A program made the translations under genes and the position numbers. The notes under the pieces were generated by a model, which made no database searches, was not told the origin of the DNA, and was given only the letters and a program-made list of their open reading frames with translations. This document shows positions 53,480 through 64,000 of a stretch of DNA of 64,000 bases, piece after piece. The stretch lies in assembly GCA_951406725.2 (NCBI GenBank), contig OX597835.1, positions 22,816,001-22,880,000 of the forward strand, given 5' to 3'. Every line of letters starts with the position of its first letter. The first letter of the stretch is position 1. This DNA comes from Octopus vulgaris. Its lineage: Eukaryota.

Positions 53480-53954
53480 GTGATACTATCTTTACCATTG
53501 TTCTAGTAGTATGTCTCTTGTGTACTGTAGTCTTCACATCTCTTGTATGCCTTCTGTACTGTAGCTTCCATACCTGTTGTATGCCTACTGTGTACTGTAG
53601 CCTTTATATCTGTCATATATTTGTTGTGTAGTCTTTACATCTGTTGTGTACTGTAATCTTTACATCTGTTGTATATTTGCATGTACTGCTATTACATCTG
53701 TTGTATATCTATGTGTACTTCTATTGCATTTGTTGTGTACATTTCTTCACCATCTGTGTATTACTACTTGTTATGTATTGTGTATTAACATCTGGTCTAC
53801 ATCTGTTATGCACTTCTATTTATCTGCTGTATATAAGTGGATCTATGGTACACATTTATGTTGCTTATAACTATAGTACTCCTCCTTTTAACAGTGATTT
53901 AAAAATAAATTCCTTATTTCATATTTGTCTTTGCTCTCTCTCTATTTTTTATAG

Positions 53955-54091
53955 GGTCTGTTCACAACAAGTCAATTATGGTTGTACTACAAAGATTTAC
54001 ATGATCCAAACTTTGAAACACACTTATCCCTTGTACACAGCAGGTTTTCAACCAATACAGTACCCAGCTGGGAAAGATCCCATCCTCAAAG
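53955..54091 (+). CDS. GLT1: Glutamate synthase exon 7 ([46 protein letters not shown])
   Basis: Contains the [11 protein letters not shown] motif. Acceptor tatag, weak donor ag|gttcat, phases 0 to 2. Confidence 0.95.
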
Positions 54092-54099
54092 GTTCATCA

Positions 54100-54172
<73 letters not shown>

Positions 54173-54174
54173 CA

Positions 54175-54212
<38 letters not shown>

Positions 54213-54795
54213 GCCCCTATTTTAACTCCTCTCTAGGCCTGGTATTTATTCTCTCCTTTGGACTCCTTCAGGTTCAGTATTCTCCTCTAGGCCCTATTTT
54301 AACTCCCCTTTAGGCACAGTATTCTCTCCTCTGGGCTTCTTAAGGTCCTGTATTTATTCTCCTGTAGGCCCTATATTTAAACTCCTCTCAAGGCTCAATA
54401 TTTACTTATCTCAAGGTGTAATAATTATTTACTTTCTTGAAGGCCCAGCATTTACTTTCAAGGCCCAATATTTGCTTACATCAAAGCTCTGTATCTACTC
54501 TGCTCATGTTCCAATGTTTCCTCTTCTCTAGGCCCATTATTTACTCACTTCTAGTTCCAGTGTTTATACTCCTCACGGCCCAGTTCTTATTCCATCCTTT
54601 TGGCTCCTAAACATCTATCTATTTTCCTCTAGGTCTCATGTTTACTTACCTTAAGGCCCAACACATACATCTCTCAAGACCCCAGTGTTTTAACTTCTCA
54701 AAACCCAATCTCCTCTAGGTTCAATGTCTACCATCTTAAAAATCCAATATTTACTCTCTTCAACGTTCAATGTTTATTATATTTTCTTTGTATAG

Positions 54796-55000
54796 GTTTC
54801 TAGCCCACAATGGTGAGATCAATACTCTACGAGGTAACAAGAACGTGATGCATGCCCGTGAGGGTACCATGTCCAGTAGCGTCTTTGGTGACAAGTTGAA
54901 ACTTCTCTACCCTGTTGTGGAGAGTGGAATGTCAGATTCTGGCTGTGTCGACAATGTCCTGGAGTTCCTCATGATGGCCGGAAATAAATCATTGCCTGAG
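54796..55000 (+). CDS. GLT1: Glutamate synthase exon 8 (FLAHNGEINTLRGN...SDSGCVDNVLEFLMMAGNKSLPE)
   Basis: Contains the AHNGEINTLRGN and SDS motifs. Acceptor tatag, donor gag|gtaaag, phases 2 to 0. Confidence 0.97.
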
Positions 55001-56117
55001 GTAAAGTTATATTTACTTGCCTGATATTATGTGTACATGTTTAGAATTGTAGCTATGTATGGTATATGGGTACAGATTTTTTTTATCTTTTAGTTGTCTC
55101 GGTTGTTGGACTGGCCATACTGGAGCACCATCTCAAAGGGTTGTAATCAAATGAATCAACCCCCACAGGACTTATCTTTTAAAGTCTATTAGTTTCTATT
55201 GCTAAACCACTAGGTTATGGGGAAGTAAACAAAACCCCACTGGTTGTCAACTGGTGTGTTGGAGAGGGCAAATACAACACATACACATTCACACACACAC
55301 AGAGGCTTCTTTCAGTTTCTATCTACCTAACCCACATACAAACTTTGGTCAGCCTGGGACTGTAGCAGAGGACACTTCACCAAGGTACCACATTGTGGGA
55401 CTGAACCCAGAACCATGTGGTTGTAAAGCCAACTTCTTACAATACAGCCATGTATATGTGTGTATATGTGCACACACACACACACACAATGGACTTTCAT
55501 ACAATTTCCATCTACAAAATTCAGTGGGACTGAACTCAAAACCACATGGTTACAAAGTGAGCTTCCTAACCACATGACCATCCCTACTAAGGTAGTGTCA
55601 CCAAGATGTTTTATAATTCTTTGTTGGCATATGAGTAGATGAATTTTATTCTGTTATTCTTTTACTTGTTTCAGTTATTTTTACTGTGGCCATGCTGGAG
55701 CACTGCCTTTAGTCAAACAAATTGACCCCAACACTTATTCTTTGTAAGCCTGGTACTTATTCTATTGGTCTCTTTTGCCAAACTGCTAATTTACGCTGAC
55801 ATAAGCATACCAACATCAGTTGTCAAGTGATGGTGGGGCTACAAACGGATGCACAAATACATCACCAGATTGAATGGTACTGCCCAGGTGTCAAAACCAT
55901 AATGATATCTGTGGGGCAGCTGATGATGGAGGTATGTTGGATTGTTGGTATGGCTGTGGAATAGTATTATAGCACATCCTTTTGATATATCTATATCTAT
56001 CTATTTATCTATCTAGCTAGCTACCTGTATATATAACTAATGTAGGATAACATTTTTTTCGGGAAAAAAATTTTATCAATGGCCAGCATATCAAAAAATA
56101 CCTTTAAAGGTTAAATT

Positions 56118-56314
56118 TATAAATAATTTACAAGATAAGGGAAAAAGAAAAATTCTAATGCCAAATATGCCGAAAAAAAGACAAAAATTGTCAATAACCA
56201 TTATAATTTATTCGAGACGCATAAATTATAATGGTTATTGACAATTTTTGTCTTTTTTTCGACATATTTGGCATTAGAATTTTTCTTTTGCCCTTATCTT
56301 GTAAATTATTTATA
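56118..56314. repeat. Near-perfect hairpin with 94-bp arms and a 9-nt loop
   Basis: 56118-56211 versus the reverse complement of 56221-56314, 2 mismatches seen. Confidence 0.92.
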
Positions 56315-57363
56315 CCTGTATATATATATGATGGGCTTCTTTCAGTTTCTGTCTACCAAATCCACTCACAAGGCTTTGGTCGGCCTGAGGCTATGGTAGA
56401 AGACACTTGCCCAAGGTGCCACACAGTGGGACTGTACCTCTAATCATATGCTTGGGAAGCAAGCTTCTTACCACACAGCCACTCTTGCATATATTAAATA
56501 CATTACGTACATGTGTTAATCATTCTTACTTTGGTATGAATGTGTGTGAGTGTTTGTTTATAATTGTGTGTTTGTCACTTTTTCCTTCATTTGTTTACAT
56601 AGCTGTCACTTAGAAGGAGCTACTAAGTATATATATATCAATCATAAGGGCACACTAATGTGTCTACCTGTTAGAAATAAGAGTTAAAACCCTCATTTAA
56701 ACCACTAAAAGTTTACACTGAAAATACTAACAGAATCAACAGTACTCAGGGAAGGTAAAATTTTTATATCAAACCAGAAACCGGTCCATGTGTATACCTA
56801 TACCAATAAATATATAGCTGTATGCTATATATGTATGTGAGGGATTTTTTGATCCGCTTGCCCGGGTACTGTTGATTCTGTTATTATTTTCATTAAAAAA
56901 ACTATCAAGATTTATTAGAAGCAGTATCATGAGATTTGGTAAAAGAAAACTTAAATCAAGATGTTAGCTGACAATTAAGGGGGCTGGCCTCTAGCAGACC
57001 ATTGATTATGAAACAGGGGAAATCTTATCTTGTAGTACTATAGTTAAATATTTTAAACAATATTGCCATAAAGTATAAAGTTAAAATTTAGGGTTATTCA
57101 GAAGATTATTAAGAATATTATAACAAAAAGATAAAAAGTTCTTTGAATACTTTTGAGTATATATCAAACTTTTACCACAATAGTGGGAGGGAAAGAAATT
57201 ATCTCGAAATAGTTAAATATTTATACATATTATACACTTAAATACTAACTTGTCAGATGGTATCTGTGAATATTTATATATCTGTGAATATATATATATA
57301 TACCCATGCTAGCATGGAAAACGGACGCTAAACGACGATGATGATGATGATGATACCTACCAG

Positions 57364-57410
<47 letters not shown>

Positions 57411-57576
57411 ACCAGTATATATATATATATATATATATATATAAGTACCCACACACACAAACACACATATAAATAAATATCTGGGATGCCATCAGTTAAA
57501 ATGGCAAGTGTTCCAGTTGATCCATAAAACAAATGTACAAATGTTTGTATTTGTTATATGTGACAGACACAGTGGC

Positions 57577-57965
57577 GGTGGTGGCATTGACAGTGGTGAT
57601 GGTAGTGGTGGTGGTTGTGGTTGTAGCGGTGGCAATGGTAGTGGTGATGGTGGTGGCAATGACAGTGGTGATGGTAGTGGAGGTGGTTGTGGTTGTAGCG
57701 GTGGCAATGGTAGTGGTGATGGTGGTGGCATTGACAGTGGTGATGGTAGTGGTGGTGGTTGTGGTTGTAGCGGTGGCAATGGTAGTGGTGATGGTGGTGG
57801 CAATGACAGTGGTGATGGTAGTGGAGGTGGTTGTGGTTGTAGCGGTGGCAATGGTAGTGGTGATGGTGGTGGCATTGACAGTGGTGATGGTAGTGGTGGT
57901 GGTTGTGGTTGTAGCGGTGGCAATGGTAGTGGTGATGGTGGTGGCAATGACAGCGGTGATGGTGG
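57577..57965. repeat. 72-bp GGT-rich tandem repeat (alternating 144-bp dimer), ~5 units
   Basis: Unit 57721-57792; ATTGAC/AATGAC and GGT/GGA variants alternate. Confidence 0.92.
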
Positions 57966-59050
57966 TGGCAGTGGTAGCAGTAGTGTTGATGGTGGTGGCA
58001 GCGGCAGCAATGGTGGGGGTAATAGTTCCTGCTTTAAGCACAAGGTCAGTATTTTGGGTGAGGTGGTGGTGCAGACAATAACATCAACCCCAGCACTTGG
58101 CTGTGGTTCTGTTTTATGAATCCAAAAGGATGAAAGGCCAAATGGACCTCGGTAGGATTTGAACTCATGACAAATACCACTAAGCATTTTTGCCAACACT
58201 CTAACTTACTGGCCTTTGGTGGTTGTGGTGATAATGCTTTACCTTTGATCAAAGTCATGCCAACCATGACCATCCTGTCCTTTTTTAGAAGTATCTTCTA
58301 CTACACCAAATATTACTTTACTTATTTATGACAAAGATAGGGTTTGATACAAGAAAGATTTAGTTGCTATTTCTTGCAAGTCAGGTGACCGTATACAAGA
58401 CTTCCTCACTGGTTGTCTGGAATGGTGGTGTTGGATAGTGGTGATAGTAGTAGTAATGTGCTAATTATAATTATGGTGGTAATGATAGTGATAATCATCA
58501 TCATCATCATCATCTTCATCATTAGCAGTCTTAAACTCCTCTTCATAATTTAGAAAACATTAATTGATTGTGCGTTAATTAAATGTTTATAAGTCATTAA
58601 GTAGTTTCGTTCTCTGTCACTTAGCTAAATGGGAGTGTAAGGGTGACTTGGTATGAAATAGTGTTGCACAATATGAAGAGAAGTACATGGAACTTAACAA
58701 TGTACTAACAACACCCCTGTACATGGCCTGTACTGCTTTCATAAGCCATTCATCTATCCCCTAATGAGACTACCATATATGACAGAGAAAGGTATATCTC
58801 TATCTAGATAGATAGATAGATATATGTCATTGACAGAGTACCTTTCTCTGTCAAAGGCATAACATATATCTATCTATAAATATATATTTCTTTACTACCC
58901 ACAAGGGGCTAAATATAGAGGGGACAAACAAGGACAGACAAAGGGATTAAGTCGATTAAATCGACCCAGTGCAAAACTGGTACTTTATTTATCGACCCCG
59001 AGAGGATGAAAGGCAAAGTCGGCCTCGGCGGAATTTGAGCTCAGAACATA

Positions 59051-59117
<67 letters not shown>

Positions 59118-59739
59118 GTTTGTGTATATGTGTATGAATGTATATATGTATTGTGTACTATTTTATTATTGGTGGGATCAGCAAAAAAATGTAGTTCATC
59201 CCATGAAAAATAATATACACAATTAAATAGCAGTTCATATTTAAATCCTGTGTGTGTGTTTATATGTATGTATCATCACACGATTGGAATGTTAACTCAA
59301 ATAATATTAAAAGTTCTAATTCAACGTGATACTTTTCACATATTGTGCACATGCAACCATGAACACATTCACACACACACACACACATGCTTGAAAATGT
59401 TGACTATGCTAATGTTTGCATCTAACGTAGGCATATTTCTGAAAGTAGTCGTAAATTAAACCTTGTAATTTGAGATAAAGTTTTTCAAGTTATACTGTTT
59501 GCATCATCATCATCATCATCATCATCGTTGTCATCATCATTTTATGTCTGCTTTCCATGCTGCTATAAGCTAGACAGTTCATCACTGTTCTTCTAGGCAG
59601 ATGAGAGAACCTCTGTACACTCACAAGATGTCACAACCAACCCATGTTAGCAAATATAAAAATAATAAGTATCTATCATTTTCAACTTAATTTCTGGATA
59701 CTTTAGGGAGAAAACATACCAGATGTGGAAGCTAAATGT

Positions 59740-60175
59740 AGAAGCAAGCCACCTCAGGATAATTTTAGAGAAGTCAGAAGTTTTAGTAAGTAGAAAAGCA
59801 GACAGGACTGAGCTGCCTTTCAGAGAAATGGCTGTGCTCAATATACAGAAAAGGAATTGGTAGGAGTTCTGTACTGTGTGTCCAATTTAAACCATGGGTG
59901 CACCATGGGTGCACCATAGGTGTTGTGGATTCGCTGACAGGTTGACAGAAAAGGACATTGCAACAGGTTTACAGGTATAGTTAGTAGTCAGAGCATTGGC
60001 GAAATAAATCCTTTCTAGTACTCTGAAGACTCTGTAAAGATTGCTGGTAACTCCTGTTACCTAAATGACCTAATCACCAGTAGACAGAATAAGAACAGGG
60101 TGGAAGAAGGTCAGAGAACTTTTACTTCTGAAGGCAACAGAAAGATTCTCTCTTAAGTGAAAAGTACATTGGAAA
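59740..60175 (+). mobile_element. Degenerate RTE LINE internal ORF fragment
   Basis: Broken translations resemble the RTE segments VLVSRKADR..K.PC..C.KG, CYL.DLI and RIRTGWKK.RELL.L. Multiple frameshifts. Confidence 0.6.
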
Positions 60176-60229
60176 TTAAAACAGTTTGTTCTCATATTTC
60201 GTATGCAGTTAAGAACATGTTATCCATCC

Positions 60230-60299
<70 letters not shown>

Positions 60300-60393
60300 A
60301 TCTGTCTATATATCAATATATGTATATAAAAAGAAAATTCAAGATCATTTGAAATTACATCTAATAACCTAACAGTATATCTTTTCTGCCCCT

Positions 60394-60466
60394 CTGATGA
60401 GATTTTGCCTAATACAGTGATTTACTTATTGTAATTTAATCTTTAGGCAAAATTGAAACAGCTGTA
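60394..60466 (+). ncRNA. Hammerhead ribozyme motif with a long stem II and a decayed stem I
   Basis: CUGAUGA, a 12-bp stem (60401-60412/60443-60454), GAAA and palindromic ACAGCUGU followed by A (GUA cleavage triplet). Confidence 0.6.
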
Positions 60467-62435
60467 AAAGAATGTGTTGGATTTTTGCAGTTAATCAATT
60501 ATGTTAATGCTACATCTCCCTTTTCTAAATTTTTCTTTTGAATATTTATAAACCAAGATTTATATTTAGACCTATTATTTTATATCTTTATTCACAAAAA
60601 ATACTAGGCAATGAACCAGTAATTCATTGGATATTTTTATCCCTTAATGAGGCTATTTTAATTTTGATTATATTTATATGCATAATAAAATGTATAGTAA
60701 ATGCACAAATGAAAAATAAAAAACGTATATTGAGTGCACAAACAGACAGAAGATAAACACAGAAGGTCCCTCATTCTTCATTAGTTATCAACCAGATGGT
60801 ATTGCTCAGTTTCACACCATTAATGATAAGACTGATAGGTATGTGTGTGTGTGTGTATAATATGCATATTATGGATATAGTATGTATATGTTGAGTATTT
60901 AGAGTCAAACATACAATGTCGTCATAAGTATCTAATTTACACTAAGCTTAGAAGATACCAATTAATTAAACCACGAAATTTGATGCAACGCTTTTGATAG
61001 ATATTGTATGCATACCTTTGCATATGTGCAGCTGCATGGTACACAGAGACACTTGAAGGTATTAACTACGTCAGCATATGGGTTAAGTTGCATTTTGTAA
61101 ACATAGGTGTTTTGCAAAACAGCATTACATTAAGCCTTATAATTTGATATAGACTTGATAATTATGTGTGTGTGTGTGTGTTTATATTTGTATATTTTAT
61201 TTTTTCATTCTTTTACTTGTTTCAGTCATTTGACTGAGGCCATGCTGGAGCACTGCATTGAAGGAATTTTAGTCAAACAAATCGACCCCAGGACTTATTT
61301 CTTAACCCTTTTGTTACTGTATTTATTTTGAGATACTCTGTGTGTCTTTCAATTAATTTTAAATATAACAAAGAATTTAGTAAAATAACTTAGTTACCAC
61401 CAATCTGGTGTTAGGAACCTAAATTGTGACTAAGGTTTGGTGGAATATTTTAATTAAAAACTTATGAAAATAAGATATTTGTACTACAGAGCCAGAGCTG
61501 GTTTCAGCCGGGTTGGTAATGAAAGCGTTAAACCTAGTACTTATTCTATCAGTTTCTTTTGATGAACCACTAAGTTACAGGGACATAAATGCACCAACAA
61601 GGGTTGTCAAACGGTGATGGCGGCGACAAGCACAGACAGCAGGGAACGTAGTGGTTGTCATATATAGAGACGGTGTTGGTAGAGGTGGTCATGACAATAA
61701 TAGCAAAGATGGTGTTGAACGTGATGGTGATGATGGTGGTGATCGCAATGAGAATAATTATGTTGGTGCAGTTATGGCTATGTGGTAAGAAGCTTACTTC
61801 CCAACCACATGGTTTTGGGTTCAGTCCCACTGCATGGCACCTTCAGCAAGTGTCTTCTACTATAGCCTCAAACCTACCGAAACCTTAGTGGGTTTGGTAG
61901 ATGGAAACTGGAAGAAGCCCGCTCTGTGTGTGTGTGTGCACGCACCCGTGTCTGGATATTGCATGATTGTTGTAAATGTATGTCATTTATTTCCTATTTT
62001 CCAAGAAAATATGTCCGACTGTGGGGAAATATTATCTTGCTTGGAAACAAGTGTGGGTTGGTGACAGGAAGAGCATTCCAGCCTTAGAAATTCTGCCCCA
62101 ATAAGTTCTATCCAATCCATGCAAGTGTGGATACATGGACATTAAAAAATGATGGTGATGACGGTGCTGCTGATGATGATGACGACGATGACAATGATGA
62201 TGATGTGACAGATGATGATGACACATGTGGCAGTGATGATGATGATGATGATGGCAGAGCTGTTGGTGACCCCTGTGAAAATGATTATGGAGTTAGTGAT
62301 GATGAGTGATGGTGCCAATGGTAGTGACAATCATGGTAATGATGATGATGATGACGGCAACGACGATGATGATGATGATGGTGATGATGATGATGATGAT
62401 GATTGTTTATATATTGTAGTTTCTCTAAATTTCAG

Positions 62436-62547
62436 GCTATGATAACAATGGTACCAGAAGCATGGCAGAATGATAAAAACATGTTACCAGAGAAGGTGGC
62501 CTTCTACAGATGGAGTGCCCACACAATGGAACCATGGGATGGGCCAG
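62436..62547 (+). CDS. GLT1: Glutamate synthase exon 9 (AMITMVPEAWQNDKNMLPEKVAFYRWSAHTMEPWDGP); gene continues beyond the window
   Basis: Contains the PEAW and MEPWDGP motifs. Acceptor ttcag, donor cag|gtaaat, ends in phase 1. Confidence 0.97.
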
Positions 62548-62704
62548 GTAAATCTTCAACCCTTACATTTCATCAGTTTACACTCCATGTTCAAAGTACA
62601 TGGATCTGACCCTCACTTCATGTTTTGATTCATGTAGCACATATTTAGTTTACTTTTCAGTGCTCGGTTTCCCAAACAGTGGGCTGAAGCACACTGGCAA
62701 GTCA

Positions 62705-63530
62705 TGTGATGTAGCCAGGTGTACTGTGAAATGTTGCCAGGTGTGCTGTGAAATGTTGCCAGGTGTGCTGTGAGATGTATTCAGTTGTGCTGTGAAATGT
62801 AACCAGGTGTGCTGTGAAATGTTGCCTGGTGTGCTATGAAATGTAACCAGGTGTACTGTGAAATGTTGCCAGGTGTGCTATGAAATGTAACCAGGTATGC
62901 TGTGAGATGTAGCCAGATGTGCTGTGAAATGTAACCAGGTGTACTGTGAAATGTTGCCAGGTGTGCTATGAAATGTAACCAGGTATGCTGTGAGATGTAG
63001 CCAGATGTGCTGTGAAATGTAACCAGGTGTACTGTGAAATGTTGCCAGGTGTGCTATGAAATGTAACCAGGTATGCTGTGAGATGTATTCAGTTGTGCTG
63101 TGAGATGTAGCCAGATGTGCTGTGAAATGTAACCAGGTGTGCTGTGAAATGTTGCCAGGTGTGCTGTGAAATGTAACCAGGTATGCTGTGAGATGTAGCC
63201 AGATGTGCTGTGAAATGTAACCAGGTGTGCTGTGAAATGTTGCCAGGTGTGCTGTGAAATGTTGCCAGGTGTGCTGTGAAATGTAGCCAGGTGTGCTGTG
63301 AGATATATCCAGGTGTGCTGTGAAATATAGCCAAGTTTACCATAAGATGTAGTCAGATGTGCCTTGAGATGTATAAGTAAATGTATCATGTCCTGTATTG
63401 TGAGGAATAGCCGGGTGTGCCATGAGATTTTGCCAGGTATGCTTACAGATGTAGCTAAGTTTGTCATGAAATATACCTAGGTATGCTGTGAAATGTAGCC
63501 AGAAATGTGAGATATAGCCCGGTGTGTTGT
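62705..63530. repeat. 22-bp minisatellite (CCAGGTGTGCTGTGAAATGT[TG/AA/AG]), intron 9
   Basis: Period 22 with recurring multi-unit variant patterns, degenerating toward the 3' edge. Confidence 0.93.
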
Positions 63531-64000
63531 GAAAATAATAAAATTGTTTATTTAAAAATAATGGGAAAAATAAAAATTCAAATTCTATATTTTAAATAGA
63601 AACATAATTAAATAAGAACATAATTAATATTGGTTTCACATTTTGCCACAAGACCAGCAAGTCGTTTACATCGACCCCAGTGTTCAACTGGTACTTATTT
63701 TATTGACCTTGAACGGACAAAAGGTAAAGTTGACCTTGGCAGAATTTGAACTCAGAACTTAAAGACAGGAAAATGCTGCTAAGCATTTTGCCCAGTGCTA
63801 ACGATTCTGCAAGTTCACCACCTTTAGGACATGATTAATATTACGATGTCTGCAAGGTGGCAAGATGGCAGAATCATTAGCATGCTGGGCGAAATACTTA
63901 GCAGCATTTTGTCTGCCGTTACGTTCTGAGTTCAAATTCCGCCGAGGTCAACTTTGCCTTTCATCCTTTCGGGGTCGATAAAATAAGTACTGGGGTCGAT

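Noticed and set aside
56968-57016. Another hammerhead (CTGACAA...GAAAC)
   Set aside because: The core is mismatched and there are no convincing stems or cleavage triplet.
57508-58119. Gly/Ser/Cys-rich structural-protein-like ORF (203 aa)
   Set aside because: A 72-bp GGT-derived repeat open in several frames on both strands, intronic, and running into a SINE.
28833-62547. Bacterial gltB contamination or recent horizontal transfer
   Set aside because: The gene has spliceosomal GT-AG introns filled with host repeats, and GOGAT is known in invertebrates.

Overview
This is AT-rich, microsatellite-dense eukaryotic genomic DNA. Its SINE/LINE families look like those of a coleoid cephalopod, probably Octopus (inference). 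The only host gene is the 5' part of a + strand NADH-type glutamate synthase (GOGAT/GLT1): nine coding exons from the ATG at 28833 to 62547, all with GT-AG introns, encoding most of the N-terminal Ntn glutamine-amidotransferase domain. The gene continues past the window. Exon 3 as given is out of frame, appears to lack a conserved segment at a (CA)5 run, and is bracketed by an inverted pair of RTE 3' ends. The rest is repeats: tRNA-derived SINEs, RTE, R4/Dong and HERO-like LINE fragments, mariner and Helitron remnants, several MITEs, three large minisatellites and many microsatellites. The most notable observations are minimal hammerhead-ribozyme folds in Penelope-like fragments (one apparently intact), a 422-bp element with ~93-bp TIRs and a perfect 17-bp flanking duplication, a 94-bp near-perfect hairpin, and the exon-3 frameshift. 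No prokaryotic system or CRISPR array is present. Nearly all ORF-track entries are repeat artefacts. Repeat boundaries are approximate and family names come from motif recognition, not database searches.
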